Positions 47,722 through 57,287 of a stretch of DNA of 64,000 nucleotides are shown here, piece by piece (the stretch's first letter is position 1; every line of letters begins with the position of its first letter). A model generated the notes under the pieces. It did not search any database, had not been told where the DNA came from, and saw nothing but the letters and a program-made list of their open reading frames with translations. The position numbers were made by a program, and so were the translations under genes. Source of the DNA: an uncultured Actinomycetes bacterium (GTDB taxonomy: Bacteria; Actinomycetota; Thermoleophilia; UBA2241); NCBI GenBank assembly GCA_963725665.1, contig CAVRZA010000003.1:32001-96000 (forward strand), read 5' to 3'.

Positions 47722-48345
47722 GTGGCGGACCTGCTGGGCGGTCTCTTCCGCTCGCGGACGAGGACCCGCATCCTCGCCCTGCTCTTCGCCGACCCCGAGC
47801 GCGAGTGGCACGTGCGCGGCTTGGCGCGGGAGGTCGGCGACTCCGCAGGCAATGTGCGCCGCGAGCTGCTGCGGCTGGTCGGGGCCGGCTATCTGCGGCG
47901 TCGCGCGCAGGCGAACCTCGTCCTCTACAAGCTCGACCAGTCGCATCCGCTCTACCCTGAGCTCCGTGCGCTCGTGCTGAAGACCGTGGGCGCCGAGAAG
48001 CTTGTCGGCGAGGCGCTCGCCGGCGTCGCCGGCGTGCGCCTCGCCTTCCTCTACGGGTCTTTCGCCGCGGCGAGCGAGCGTCCGGGCAGCGACATCGACG
48101 TGATGGTCGTGGGACGACCGGCGGCGCGCGACGTGCACCGGGCGCTGCGGCCGGTCGAGGACGCACTGCGCCGCGAGGTCAACTACGTGGTGCTCGACGA
48201 GGACGAGCTCGCGCGGCGGTGGCGAGACAACGACGGCTTCCTGCGCGACGTCCTCGCCGGGCCGGTGCGGGTAGTCGTCGGGAGCGCAGACGAGCTTGCG
48301 CTGCTGACCCGCGGGGGTGGCGCGCGAGAGCGAGCCGACGCGTGA
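47722..48345 (+). CDS. HTH plus minimal nucleotidyltransferase (MNT) antitoxin
   Basis: Winged HTH N-terminus; AFLYGSFA...SDIDVMVVG; REVN. Confidence 0.87.
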   Translation: MADLLGGLFRSRTRTRILALLFADPEREWHVRGLAREVGDSAGNVRRELLRLVGAGYLRRRAQANLVLYKLDQSHPLYPELRALVLKTVGAEKLVGEALAGVAGVRLAFLYGSFAAASERPGSDIDVMVVGRPAARDVHRALRPVEDALRREVNYVVLDEDELARRWRDNDGFLRDVLAGPVRVVVGSADELALLTRGGGARERADA

Positions 48346-48902
48346 GCGGGCGCGGCTTTCAACGCCTGCTGCACTCGGGTCTCGTGCGTCCGTACAAGGG
48401 CGGGCGCGAGCAGGCGCCGCGCCAGCTGGCGCTCGCCTTGCGCGACCTCTCGTCGGCGCGGCGCCTGCTCGCCGAAGACCGCGACTGGGCTTTTGCCATC
48501 GCCTACAACGCCGTCCTGCAGGGCGGCCGCGCGCTCATGCTGCGCGAGGGCTACCGGCCGACCACCGGCGAGGGTGGCCACGTGGCGGTGATCCGCTTCT
48601 GTGAGGAGTTCTTCGGCGCACGGTATCAGGAGGAGATGGAGCTCTTCGACCGCATGCGGGTGCGCCGCAACAGGGTCGTCTACGACGTGTCGGGGTCGAT
48701 CTCGCGCCTCGAGGCCGACGAGGCGTTCACCTTCGCCGAGGAGTTCGTGGCGCGCGTGCAGGAACTCGTCGGCAAGCCCGCCCAAGCGGGCCCCCCGGCG
48801 TCGTCCCCGGTGCCGTCCGCGCCGCCGGAGCCGTCGTCGACGGAGCCGCCATTGACGGAGCCGCCGGCGCCAGCCACCGACGCGGACGGCGCCCCAGTCT
48901 AG
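48342..48902 (+). CDS. HEPN domain protein (putative toxin)
   Basis: DLSSA...AYNAVLQGGRAL...GH...RRNRVVYD; GTGA overlap with the MNT gene. Confidence 0.85.
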   Translation: MSGRGFQRLLHSGLVRPYKGGREQAPRQLALALRDLSSARRLLAEDRDWAFAIAYNAVLQGGRALMLREGYRPTTGEGGHVAVIRFCEEFFGARYQEEMELFDRMRVRRNRVVYDVSGSISRLEADEAFTFAEEFVARVQELVGKPAQAGPPASSPVPSAPPEPSSTEPPLTEPPAPATDADGAPV

Positions 48903-49369
48903 CGCGCCACGGGCAGTCGCACCTCGGTGACGTACTCACCGGGGTCGCCGGTGCTCTCCGGACCCTTGAGGAAGATCTCCGTCGCCGGTCCCGCGACGGC
49001 GTAGCCGATCGTGTTCAGCTCCTCGCCGATGGCCTCGTAGCTCAGGTGGACCGTGTCGTAGGGCCCGCGGTGCTCGGTCACCATCGCCTGATGGGCGGGG
49101 ATGATGTCCGTGCGCGCCTCGCCGATCGTGTCGGGCACCGACCCGTCGGCCCCCGGCGCGATAGGCACGCAGACCTCGTATTCCGTCTTCTGGGGATCGA
49201 ACTCCGCGTCGAAGAAGCGCGCCATCGGCGGACCCGTGGGGGCGACGCCGGCGGCGTCGAGGGCGCCGTAGAGGCGAATCATGAGGTCGCGGAGGCCCGA
49301 GATAGGCCCCGTCGTGTGCAGGTAGGCGATGTACTGCTCGGGGATCATGACCATGTCAACGTCGTACAC
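48899..49369 (-). CDS. GyrI-like small-molecule binding protein
   Basis: GPPMARF, EVCVP, HRGPYD, EIFLKGP...TEVRLPV. Confidence 0.85.
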   Translation of the reverse strand: MYDVDMVMIPEQYIAYLHTTGPISGLRDLMIRLYGALDAAGVAPTGPPMARFFDAEFDPQKTEYEVCVPIAPGADGSVPDTIGEARTDIIPAHQAMVTEHRGPYDTVHLSYEAIGEELNTIGYAVAGPATEIFLKGPESTGDPGEYVTEVRLPVAR

Positions 49370-49534
49370 GCTGTCTCCTCTCTCGCGAGCGTTGCTGCAG
49401 TGGTCGCAATCATCCTCGAAGGCGGTGGCCGCAGGCAATGTTGTGCTTGCGCAGGCCAAACACTTGAGCGAATGCTTTGGTGTGGATTCTGGACTGAAGT
49501 AGCCCCGGCGTATTCCATAGTAGCCCGAAGGGAG

Positions 49535-50368
49535 TCAGGCGAGGCGGACGAGCTCGTCGTCGCAGACGACGAGCTCGTCCGCCTCCAGCAGTCTGACGAT
49601 CTCGTCGGCGTCCTCGCGTGGCAGGTCGAGGAGTCCAGGCAGCTCGTCACGCCTGCGCGGGCTCACGTTCAGGAGGAGCCTCACGAGGCGCGAGCGGTAC
49701 GAGCGCCGCGAGCCCTCGAAGGGACTCTGTGTCGTCAATGGGGCGATACCGGTTGCGCGCGAGGTCAGCACGAGGGCGCCGTAGTCCATGAGCGCGTTGT
49801 GCCAGTCGCGCGAGCGCCCGCGCGGCAGCACGACGTCAGCGACGCGCTGCAGCTCGGTAGCCGGTAGTTCGTGAGGCAGGCGCAGCTCGTGCAGGAGCAC
49901 GCGTCGGATGTTGGCGTCGACCGCCGCGAGGTCGGCGTTGTGGGCGAAGATGAGGACGGCGCGGGCGGTGTATGGTCCGACGCCCGGCAGGCTGACAAGC
50001 TTCTCAAGAGTGTCGGGGAGTGCGGGCGGGTGGCCGAGGCGGCCGTCGCGTGTTCGCGCGACGGCCGCCTCGGCCACCTTCTTCAGTCTCACGGCCCGGT
50101 TGTTGTAGCCGAGACCCGACCAGAGCGCGAGTACGTCGGCCAGCGGCGCTTGCGCCAGCGCGCTGAGGTCGGGGAATCGCGCCAGGAACTCACCATACTT
50201 GGGTACGACGCGGGACACCTGCGTCTGCTGCAGCATGACTTCGGAGACCAGGATGGCGTAGGGGTCGTGCGCGCGCCGCCAGGGCAGGTCGCGCCTGTTC
50301 GCCGCATACCAGCCCAGCAGTCGCTCGCGCAGGTCGTCGACGAGGCGTTCGTTGAGATTCACGGGCAC
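49535..50368 (-). CDS. mutY: short A/G-specific adenine glycosylase-like HhH-GPD protein
   Basis: RDLPWR, VSEVMLQQTQV, WSGLGYNNRA, LPGVGPYTA, VDANIRRV, ALMDYGA; no Fe-S Cys motif. Confidence 0.85.
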   Translation of the reverse strand: MPVNLNERLVDDLRERLLGWYAANRRDLPWRRAHDPYAILVSEVMLQQTQVSRVVPKYGEFLARFPDLSALAQAPLADVLALWSGLGYNNRAVRLKKVAEAAVARTRDGRLGHPPALPDTLEKLVSLPGVGPYTARAVLIFAHNADLAAVDANIRRVLLHELRLPHELPATELQRVADVVLPRGRSRDWHNALMDYGALVLTSRATGIAPLTTQSPFEGSRRSYRSRLVRLLLNVSPRRRDELPGLLDLPREDADEIVRLLEADELVVCDDELVRLA

Positions 50369-50475
50369 TAGGCTACCATCGCCGCGTCAGCGCCCGGGTA
50401 CAATCAGAGGACGGCTGAGCACGTCGGCAGTCAGGCAGCGCGACTCGGGGAGGTGGGCGGCGCCGGAGTCTGGAG

Positions 50476-51462
50476 ATGGCGAAGAGCAAGCCACACTCGG
50501 CCCCGGTCACTCCCGCCCTCATGCTCGTCGAGGCGTACCGCATCATCGACGCGGCGCGCTCGCGAGGTGTCGATCTGCGTCTCACGGGCGGGCTGGCCGT
50601 CCGTCACCTCTGCAGCGACGAGGACTTCCTGCGTCGCTCCCACTCCGACATCGACATGGTCGGGCGCCACTCACAGACCGAGGAGCTGGGGGAGGTCTTC
50701 CGACTCTGCGGCTTCGGCGAGAACGTGCAGGTCCTCAGCGCCACCGGTGGCCAGCAGCGCCAGTTCTTCGTGCTGCCGGCGGTCCCCAGGCCGGGGTCGC
50801 CCTCCCGCAAGCGACGACGCGGAGCGGTCGAGTCGACGGATCTGTCCGGTGCTTCGGCTACTGCAGACCCGCCCAGCGTCGCCGCGCCGCACGTCGACGT
50901 CTACCTCGACGTGATGCGCGTCGACCACGACATCTGGATCGGCGACCGCATCGACATCGACGACTACGCCATCTCGCCCGCCGATCTGCTGATCTCAAAG
51001 CTGCAGGCCGGCAGGTTCGAGGAGAAGGACCTGCGCGATGTGGTGGCCGTGGTCAAGGACCTTCCGCTGGGCGACGTCGACGCGGGGCATCAGATCAACG
51101 TCGGTCACATCGCCGCAGTGTGCTCGCGTGATTGGGGCCTCTACCTCGACGTGACCGCCAATATCGACACGGTGGAAGACAGACTAGCGACGTTCGGCCT
51201 CGACGATGAGGTCAAAGCGCGCGTCATCGTGGCCCTCGACGCCATCGAGGACGCCATCGCCGCCGAGGAGAAGACCTTCCGCTGGCGCCTGCGTTCTCGT
51301 TTCGGCAAGCGCGTCGCCTGGCGTCGGGAGATGGAGCACACCGACGGCGCGACGCTGGTCAGCGTCGAGGAGGCGGCTCAGCGGGCAGCGCAGGAGGCCG
51401 CCGCCGACCGCGAGTGGAGCGGCTGGTCGGGATGGGGAGGGAGCCGTCCGCCCAACGAGTAG
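50476..51462 (+). CDS. nucleotidyltransferase-superfamily protein (paralog of 25422..26252)
   Basis: LRLTGGLAV...SHSDIDMV, VDVYLD, DLLISKLQ, DWGLYLD. Confidence 0.7.
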   Translation: MAKSKPHSAPVTPALMLVEAYRIIDAARSRGVDLRLTGGLAVRHLCSDEDFLRRSHSDIDMVGRHSQTEELGEVFRLCGFGENVQVLSATGGQQRQFFVLPAVPRPGSPSRKRRRGAVESTDLSGASATADPPSVAAPHVDVYLDVMRVDHDIWIGDRIDIDDYAISPADLLISKLQAGRFEEKDLRDVVAVVKDLPLGDVDAGHQINVGHIAAVCSRDWGLYLDVTANIDTVEDRLATFGLDDEVKARVIVALDAIEDAIAAEEKTFRWRLRSRFGKRVAWRREMEHTDGATLVSVEEAAQRAAQEAAADREWSGWSGWGGSRPPNE

Positions 51463-51491
51463 GTGCCGTCCATCGGCCGAGGCCGGCGAGG

Positions 51492-53513
51492 TCAATCCTT
51501 CTCGGCGGCTCGCCCCCACTCGTCGTACAGCTTCTCCAGCCTGACCTCCGTGGTCGCGCGCTCCTCGGCGAGACGTGCGGCGTAGGCGCGGTCGGCGTAC
51601 GTGTCGGGCTCTGAGAGTTCGGCGTCCAGTTCCCCGAGCTGCTTCTCGGCACGCAGGATGTCGCCCTCGAGCCCGCGCAGGCGCGCCCGCCGGCGCCGCT
51701 CTTCCTCAGCCGTCCGGCTGCGTTCCCTCTTCTGCGCCGCCGCGGCGGCGCCGGCGGGCGCGCCGCCTCTCGCGGAGGGCTTGCTCCCGGATGGCATGAC
51801 CGGCGGTCTCTCCAGTGCTATCGACTCGCCGGTGGTTGATTCCTCGCTGCGCGCGGCGCGTGCCTCCCAGTAACGGTCGACGGAGAGATGGTTCAGCAGG
51901 CGGTCATCGTGGATCTCGAGCACGCGCGAGGCCACGGCGTCGATCAGGTGGCGGTCGTGGGTCACGATGACGACTGTGCCGGTGTACTCGGTGAGGGCCA
52001 CGGCGAGCGCCTCGACCGACTCCATGTCGAGGTGATTGGTGGGCTCGTCGAGGAGGAGGAAGTTGGCCTCGCTCGTCAACAGCGTGAGCAAACGCAGGCG
52101 GCTGCGCTCGCCGCCGGAGATCTGCGCTACGAGCTTCGCCGCGTCGTCGGCGCTGAAGAGGAAGCGACCCAAGAGTCCGCGTGCGGCCTGTTCGTCGTGA
52201 CCGGCCAGAGGGAGAACGCTCTGCAGCACGGTCGCCTGCTCGTCGAGCTCGCGACCCTGCTGCGAGAAGTAGGCGACGCGGACGTTGTGACCGACGTGCA
52301 CGATCCCCTGGCCGAAGGTGCGCAGGCCGGCGATCGTCTCCACGAGGGTGGTCTTGCCGGACCCGTTCGGCCCCAGCAGGGCGACCTTCTCGCCGCGCTC
52401 GACGACGAGGTCGATGTCGCGCAGCAGCACGCGAGTGTTGCCGTCGTTGCGCTCGTCCGTCGGCTGCGGCTGGCCCAGTGCTTCGCTGGCCCCACCGACG
52501 ATCAGCCGCAGGGCCTTCATCTCGAGGACCACGCGCGCTGAGGGCTTGGGCTGGGGGAGACCGAGCCGCAGCGTTCTGGCCTTGCGTGGCGGCGCCTTGA
52601 GGTCGCGCTTGATGCGCTCCATCTGCGTGAGCTTGGCCTTGGCCTGCTTGGCCTTGTTCTTCTTGGCGTGGAAGCGGTCGTAGTAGCGCTGCAACTGGGC
52701 GATCTTCTCCTGCGCCTGCTCGTACTCGCGCGCCAGCAGGTCGCCGGCCGCCTCGCGCTCGCGCACGTACGTGGCGAAGTCGGCTCCTATCCCGGCCACC
52801 TGCTCGTGCTCCAGGGCCAGCACGCGCGAGCCGACGCGTTCCAGCAGGCGCCGGTCGTGGGTCACGAGGACGAAGGCACCCTTGTAGGCGAGGAGGTACT
52901 CCTCGAGCCACTCCACGGAGTCGATGTCGAGGTGGTTGGTGGGCTCGTCGAGAAGGAGCAGGTCGGGGGCGGCGAGCAGGCCGCGCGCCAGGGTGGCGCG
53001 CGTGAGCTCGCCGCCCGACAGCGAGAGCAGGCGGCGCTCGAGGAACGCGGCCGGCAGGCCCAGCCCCTCGATCACGCTCTCGAGCTGTGTCTGGTAGCCG
53101 TAGCCGCCGGCGAGCTCGAAGCGGTGCTGCAGGTCCTGATAGTCGCGCAGCGCCGCTTCGAGCTCGCGACTGCCCTCGGGCAGGCGCCCGAGCTGCTGCT
53201 CGGCGGCTCGCAGGCGTGCTTCGAGGCGTGGCGCCTCGCCGAACGCGTCGAGCAGGTAGTCGCGCAGTGGCCTGTCGCTGTGCAGCTCGGGCGTCTGCTC
53301 GTGCAGCCAGATGCGGCGCCCGCGCGCACGCGCGATGCGACCCTCATCGGCGTGCTCAGTGCCGGCGATGAGGCGCAGCAAGGTCGTCTTTCCGGTCCCG
53401 TTGCGCCCCACGAGCACGGCGTGGTCGCGCGCGTCGAGCGCGAACGACACGCCGGCGAACAGGCGACGGCTGCCGAACGATTTGGCGATGTTGTCGCAGG
53501 TCACGAGAGGCAC
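51492..53513 (-). CDS. ABC-F family ATPase
   Basis: Two NBDs (GRNGTGKT/LSGGE/DEPTNHLD and GPNGSGKT/ISGGE/DEPTNHLD), C-terminal coiled coil. Confidence 0.93.
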   Translation of the reverse strand: MPLVTCDNIAKSFGSRRLFAGVSFALDARDHAVLVGRNGTGKTTLLRLIAGTEHADEGRIARARGRRIWLHEQTPELHSDRPLRDYLLDAFGEAPRLEARLRAAEQQLGRLPEGSRELEAALRDYQDLQHRFELAGGYGYQTQLESVIEGLGLPAAFLERRLLSLSGGELTRATLARGLLAAPDLLLLDEPTNHLDIDSVEWLEEYLLAYKGAFVLVTHDRRLLERVGSRVLALEHEQVAGIGADFATYVREREAAGDLLAREYEQAQEKIAQLQRYYDRFHAKKNKAKQAKAKLTQMERIKRDLKAPPRKARTLRLGLPQPKPSARVVLEMKALRLIVGGASEALGQPQPTDERNDGNTRVLLRDIDLVVERGEKVALLGPNGSGKTTLVETIAGLRTFGQGIVHVGHNVRVAYFSQQGRELDEQATVLQSVLPLAGHDEQAARGLLGRFLFSADDAAKLVAQISGGERSRLRLLTLLTSEANFLLLDEPTNHLDMESVEALAVALTEYTGTVVIVTHDRHLIDAVASRVLEIHDDRLLNHLSVDRYWEARAARSEESTTGESIALERPPVMPSGSKPSARGGAPAGAAAAAQKRERSRTAEEERRRRARLRGLEGDILRAEKQLGELDAELSEPDTYADRAYAARLAEERATTEVRLEKLYDEWGRAAEKD

Positions 53514-53614
53514 GGCGCACCAGTATAGCGGCTTGGCCTGCGGGCACACCGGTAGGGCGGTTCCCGCGGCGGCCGGCGGTAGTCGTAGGGTAGTATGTCC
53601 TGGCCTCGACAAGG

Positions 53615-54226
53615 ATGTGCGCCGTGCTGGAGTTCCCCGGTTTCGACCATATCTACAGGCTCGACGATCCCATCGACTACCACTGGCTGCAGGCGGATTG
53701 TGAGGACGCCGGCGGCCTGGAGCGGCAGGACGCGCTCGTCCGTTCCCGAGTGAAGCCACCCAGCCCAGTCACGTTCAGATGGGCAGAGGGCAAGTCGCGC
53801 CCGGCCGATTTCGTCTGGTCGATCGGCCTGCCGCTCGTCAGTGAGCTCGTCGTCGGGCTCCTGGTGCAAAACCGCTTCACGGGGTGGTCTTCCTACAAGG
53901 CAGGGTTGCTGGGCCGGGACAGGGAGGAGATCGACGGGTACCACGGTCTTGCCGTCTCGGGCCGCTGCGGGGAGGTCGACGACGATCGCTGCGACGCGTA
54001 CCTCGAGGAGTTCCCGGGTGGTCCGGACGTGGTGTCCCGGGGGATGTACTTCGAGCCCGCGACCTGGGACGGCACCGACATCTTCATGCCCGAGGGTGAG
54101 CACTACTGGTGGATCTTCGTCACAGAGGGCGTGAAGCTTGCGCTGCAAGAAGCGAAGGTGCGCAACGTCTCCCTGACCCCGCTGCCACGGGTCGACAGAC
54201 CGGGGCTGGACATCGGCCTGGAGTAG
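53615..54226 (+). CDS. Imm11/DUF1629-like putative immunity protein
   Basis: DF...PLVSE, WDGTDIF, IFVTEGVK...VRNVSL pattern. Confidence 0.55.
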   Translation: MCAVLEFPGFDHIYRLDDPIDYHWLQADCEDAGGLERQDALVRSRVKPPSPVTFRWAEGKSRPADFVWSIGLPLVSELVVGLLVQNRFTGWSSYKAGLLGRDREEIDGYHGLAVSGRCGEVDDDRCDAYLEEFPGGPDVVSRGMYFEPATWDGTDIFMPEGEHYWWIFVTEGVKLALQEAKVRNVSLTPLPRVDRPGLDIGLE

Positions 54227-54287
54227 CAGGGTTGGCGCTGGGCCTGCGACGCTCCCGGGTCGCTCCCACGCTCTGTTCAGCGATCCT

Positions 54288-55136
54288 CTAGGCGTCGCGC
54301 AGCAGCGGGAAGGTCATGCAGTGCGGTCCGCCGCCGCCCTTGAGCAGCTGGGTGATCTCGGGCGCGATGACTTCGAGTCCCAGCGCCCTGAGTCGCTCGT
54401 TGACGGCCGAGTTGCCGGCGAAGGTCAGGACCCTGCCGTCACCCAGCGCCTGGATGTTGCAGTGGTGTTTGAAGACGCCCTCGCTCGGCACGTCGACGAT
54501 CTCGTAGCGCCGCTTCCGCAGCTGCCGCAGGAAGGCCTCCGGGAGCTGCTCGGCAGCGGCGACGGCCACCTGCGGAGCGACGATGTTGAAGGCCATGTCG
54601 AGGTGCAGGTTCTTGGAGGCAAGCTGGACGCCGGTCACGGTGTAGCCGAGCGGCTCGAGCAGCTCGCGGGCGTTGGTGACTCCATTCCAAGTCGTGCGCG
54701 CCGCGACTCCTTGCACTACCGTCGCTCCGTCGAGGAACCAGAAGTCGCCGCCCTCGAACGCGCCGCGGCTGATGCGACCGACCACCGGCAGGCCGAGATC
54801 AGCAACGACGCGCTCGTAGACGAGCTCTTCGCCCTGGCGCACCGGCTCCCTGAAGGACCCGATGAGGACTCCTTCGGCGAGGCAGGCGCCGAAGTCGCGC
54901 GCGTAGACCATGTAGGGCAGGTCGGGCTGCGGTTCGGCCAGCATGACCTCGACACCCGCGGAGCGATACGCGTCGGCGAGTTCGTCGTGCTCGCGCGCCA
55001 CGGCGGCCAGGTCGGCCACCTCGCCGCGCGCGAGCACGGCCTTGGTGATCTCGTTGATGGGGTGGAAGCTCAAGTAGGTCGGCGGGCAGAGCAGCACCTT
55101 GCGCAGCCGGCCGGTCGAGTTTGGGACGTAGTCCAT
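54288..55136 (-). CDS. amidinotransferase/arginine deiminase/DDAH (pentein) family protein
   Basis: YARD, RQGE, FEGGD, HLD, GGGPHCMT. Confidence 0.88.
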   Translation of the reverse strand: MDYVPNSTGRLRKVLLCPPTYLSFHPINEITKAVLARGEVADLAAVAREHDELADAYRSAGVEVMLAEPQPDLPYMVYARDFGACLAEGVLIGSFREPVRQGEELVYERVVADLGLPVVGRISRGAFEGGDFWFLDGATVVQGVAARTTWNGVTNARELLEPLGYTVTGVQLASKNLHLDMAFNIVAPQVAVAAAEQLPEAFLRQLRKRRYEIVDVPSEGVFKHHCNIQALGDGRVLTFAGNSAVNERLRALGLEVIAPEITQLLKGGGGPHCMTFPLLRDA

Positions 55137-55152
55137 GATCACTCCTTGTTCA

Positions 55153-55410
55153 TCACTCCGGCTCCAGTGCGACGGCGCGCACAGGCGCGCCGTCGCACCC
55201 CGCCAGGTTCCCCGCCTGGGTGCCGAGGTGCACGTGGCTCAGGTTGTATCCCTCGTTAGCCACCGTCGTCGCGGTGAAGATGCGCGGCTCAGGGTCACCG
55301 GGGTAGACCGGCGTCGACGCGGTCAGCGGGTGCGAGAGGTCGACGACGCGGACTGCCGTCGGTCGGCCGTCCGGGCCCGGCGCGCACCAGGACGGTAGCG
55401 CGACGCTCAC
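55153..55410 (-). pseudogene. cyclase-family gene with large in-frame internal deletion
   Basis: DLSHPL...VYPGDP...HLGTQAG joined directly to NLAGCDGAPVRAVA; 85 aa versus about 210 aa in the intact paralog. Confidence 0.75.
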
Positions 55411-56345
55411 GACGCCATCGTCAGCGCGAGCACCGCCTTCTCGGTGTGCATGCGGTTCTCGCCCTGGTCCCAGAAGACGCAGTAGGGACTCTCGATGGCC
55501 TCGTCGACCATGTCCTCGCCGCGGTAGCCGGGCAGGCAGTGCATGTAGATGACGTCGGGCTTCGCCATCCCGAGCACGCGCAGGTTCACCTGGTAGGGAC
55601 GGAAGTCGACGAGGCGCTGCTCGAGGTTCTCGGTGGCCATCGAATGCCAGGTGTTGCCGTAGATCACGTCGGCCCCGGAGGCGACCTCCTCGAGGTCGCT
55701 CGCGAAGACGATCCTGGACCCGGAGAGGGCGGCCCACTTCTGCGCTACGGCGAGCTGCCCGGCGTCGGGCCGGTAGCTGTCGTTTGGTTGCGCGGCGTAG
55801 AAGTCGGCGCCCATCATGGCGCAGCCCATCATCAGCGAGTAGCAGACGTTCCAGATATCGCCCAGGTAGCTGACCTTGAGGCCCTTGAAGCCGCCCTTCT
55901 TCTCCTCAATCGTCATCAGGTCGCAGAGGCCTTGGCAGGGGTGCGTCAGGTTGGTGAGGGCGTTGATGACCGGGTTGCGCATCCACTGCGCGAACTCCTC
56001 GACGATCTCCTGCCCGAAGGTACGGATGACCAGGGCGTCGCAGTAGCGGTCGATGATGCGGGCCGTGTCGGGGATCGGCTCACCGCGCGAGGTCTGCAGC
56101 TCGTCGGGGCGCAAGAAGAAGCTCTGTGCGCCGAGGTGGGCGATGGCGGCCTGGAAGCTCACGCGCGTGCGCGTCGAGGGCTTCTCGAAAAGGACGGCCA
56201 CCGTCTTGCCGCGCAACGGCTCGAAGTGCTCGCCCATGGCGCGCTTGCGTTTGAGCTCGATGGCCGTGTCGACGAGGTAGGCGACCTCTTCGGGGGTGAA
56301 GTCGGCCAGCTTCAAGAAGTCCTTGCCTTGGAAGTGATGCAGCAT
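55407..56345 (-). CDS. argF: ornithine carbamoyltransferase-like transcarbamylase (divergent acceptor loop)
   Basis: FEKPSTRTR, HPCQ, HCLP, ENRMH; YGNTWHSMA replaces YTDVWxSMG. Confidence 0.75.
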   Translation of the reverse strand: MLHHFQGKDFLKLADFTPEEVAYLVDTAIELKRKRAMGEHFEPLRGKTVAVLFEKPSTRTRVSFQAAIAHLGAQSFFLRPDELQTSRGEPIPDTARIIDRYCDALVIRTFGQEIVEEFAQWMRNPVINALTNLTHPCQGLCDLMTIEEKKGGFKGLKVSYLGDIWNVCYSLMMGCAMMGADFYAAQPNDSYRPDAGQLAVAQKWAALSGSRIVFASDLEEVASGADVIYGNTWHSMATENLEQRLVDFRPYQVNLRVLGMAKPDVIYMHCLPGYRGEDMVDEAIESPYCVFWDQGENRMHTEKAVLALTMAS

Positions 56346-56374
56346 CGATCGCTCCTCCTTCGTCTCTGGCGCGA

Positions 56375-56551
56375 CTACCCCGAGGTCATCTGCACGTTGA
56401 CAACGGTGTCGCCGCTGATGGTGACGATAACGCCTCGCAGCAGCCCCTCGCCGTACTCGCTCCCGGGGTTGACCGCGATCGTGCGCCCGATCGCGGTCTG
56501 ACCGCGCGACTCGTGGATGTGGCCGTGCAACGACAGCAGGGGCTGATACCT
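56375..56551 (-). pseudogene. C-terminal remnant of a calcineurin-like metallophosphoesterase
   Basis: RYQPLLSLHGHIHESRG...AVNPGSEYGEGLLRG...SG*; N-terminal motifs absent. Confidence 0.75.
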
Positions 56552-56568
56552 CGCAGGCGCCGCACCGC

Positions 56569-57201
56569 TCAGACCTCCCAGGCGACCGCCCGCACCGGCG
56601 AGCCGTCGAGCCCCGTCAGGCGCAGCGGCAAGAAGGCGAAGCGGTAGAGGCGCCCGCGCTCCAGGCGGTCCAGGCCACGGAGGTTTTCGACGACGAGCAC
56701 GTCGCTGCCGAGGAGGATCTCATGGACGGTCGCGCGCCCCTGTAGGGTGGAGTCGACGTTCAGGGCGTCGATCGCGACGAGGCCGACGCCGGCGGCGACG
56801 AGCCGCCGCGCGGCCTCGTCGCTCACGTAGGGGTGGCTGAGGTAGCCGTCGCCGCCCCACCTGGCGTCCCACCCCGTGTATAGGACGACGGCGCCGCCGT
56901 GCGGCAGTCCGACGACCGACGGGGCGATCAGCGGCCACTCGATGGGCGCGTCGGGGCCGAGACCGAGAGCCGGTACGACGACGCCGGAGACCACGAAACG
57001 CTCCAGGGGGTAGGCGTCGATCGTGGTGGCTTCCGGGATGTAGTGGCTCGCGGCGTCGATGTGGGTGCCCGTGTGGCTCCCCAGGTGCAGCCTGCTGACG
57101 CGCCAGGGTTCGGTCGCCCCGGCGTCTTCTATGCGTGGTTCCGGGTCTCCCGGAAAGATCGTCATGCCGTTCTCGACGGCGTGACTGAGATCGATGTACA
57201 T
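56569..57201 (-). CDS. cyclase family (kynurenine formamidase-like) metal hydrolase
   Basis: DLSH, FPGDP, SHTGTHIDA, HEILL..D...VENL, DGSPVRAVA. Confidence 0.9.
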   Translation of the reverse strand: MYIDLSHAVENGMTIFPGDPEPRIEDAGATEPWRVSRLHLGSHTGTHIDAASHYIPEATTIDAYPLERFVVSGVVVPALGLGPDAPIEWPLIAPSVVGLPHGGAVVLYTGWDARWGGDGYLSHPYVSDEAARRLVAAGVGLVAIDALNVDSTLQGRATVHEILLGSDVLVVENLRGLDRLERGRLYRFAFLPLRLTGLDGSPVRAVAWEV

Positions 57202-57287
57202 GGCCGGACTCCTCACATCCCGCCCCGCGGGCGGCTACTGTAGCATAGAAGGAGGCAGACGAACCCCAACAACACGCCGAGGTCGAC

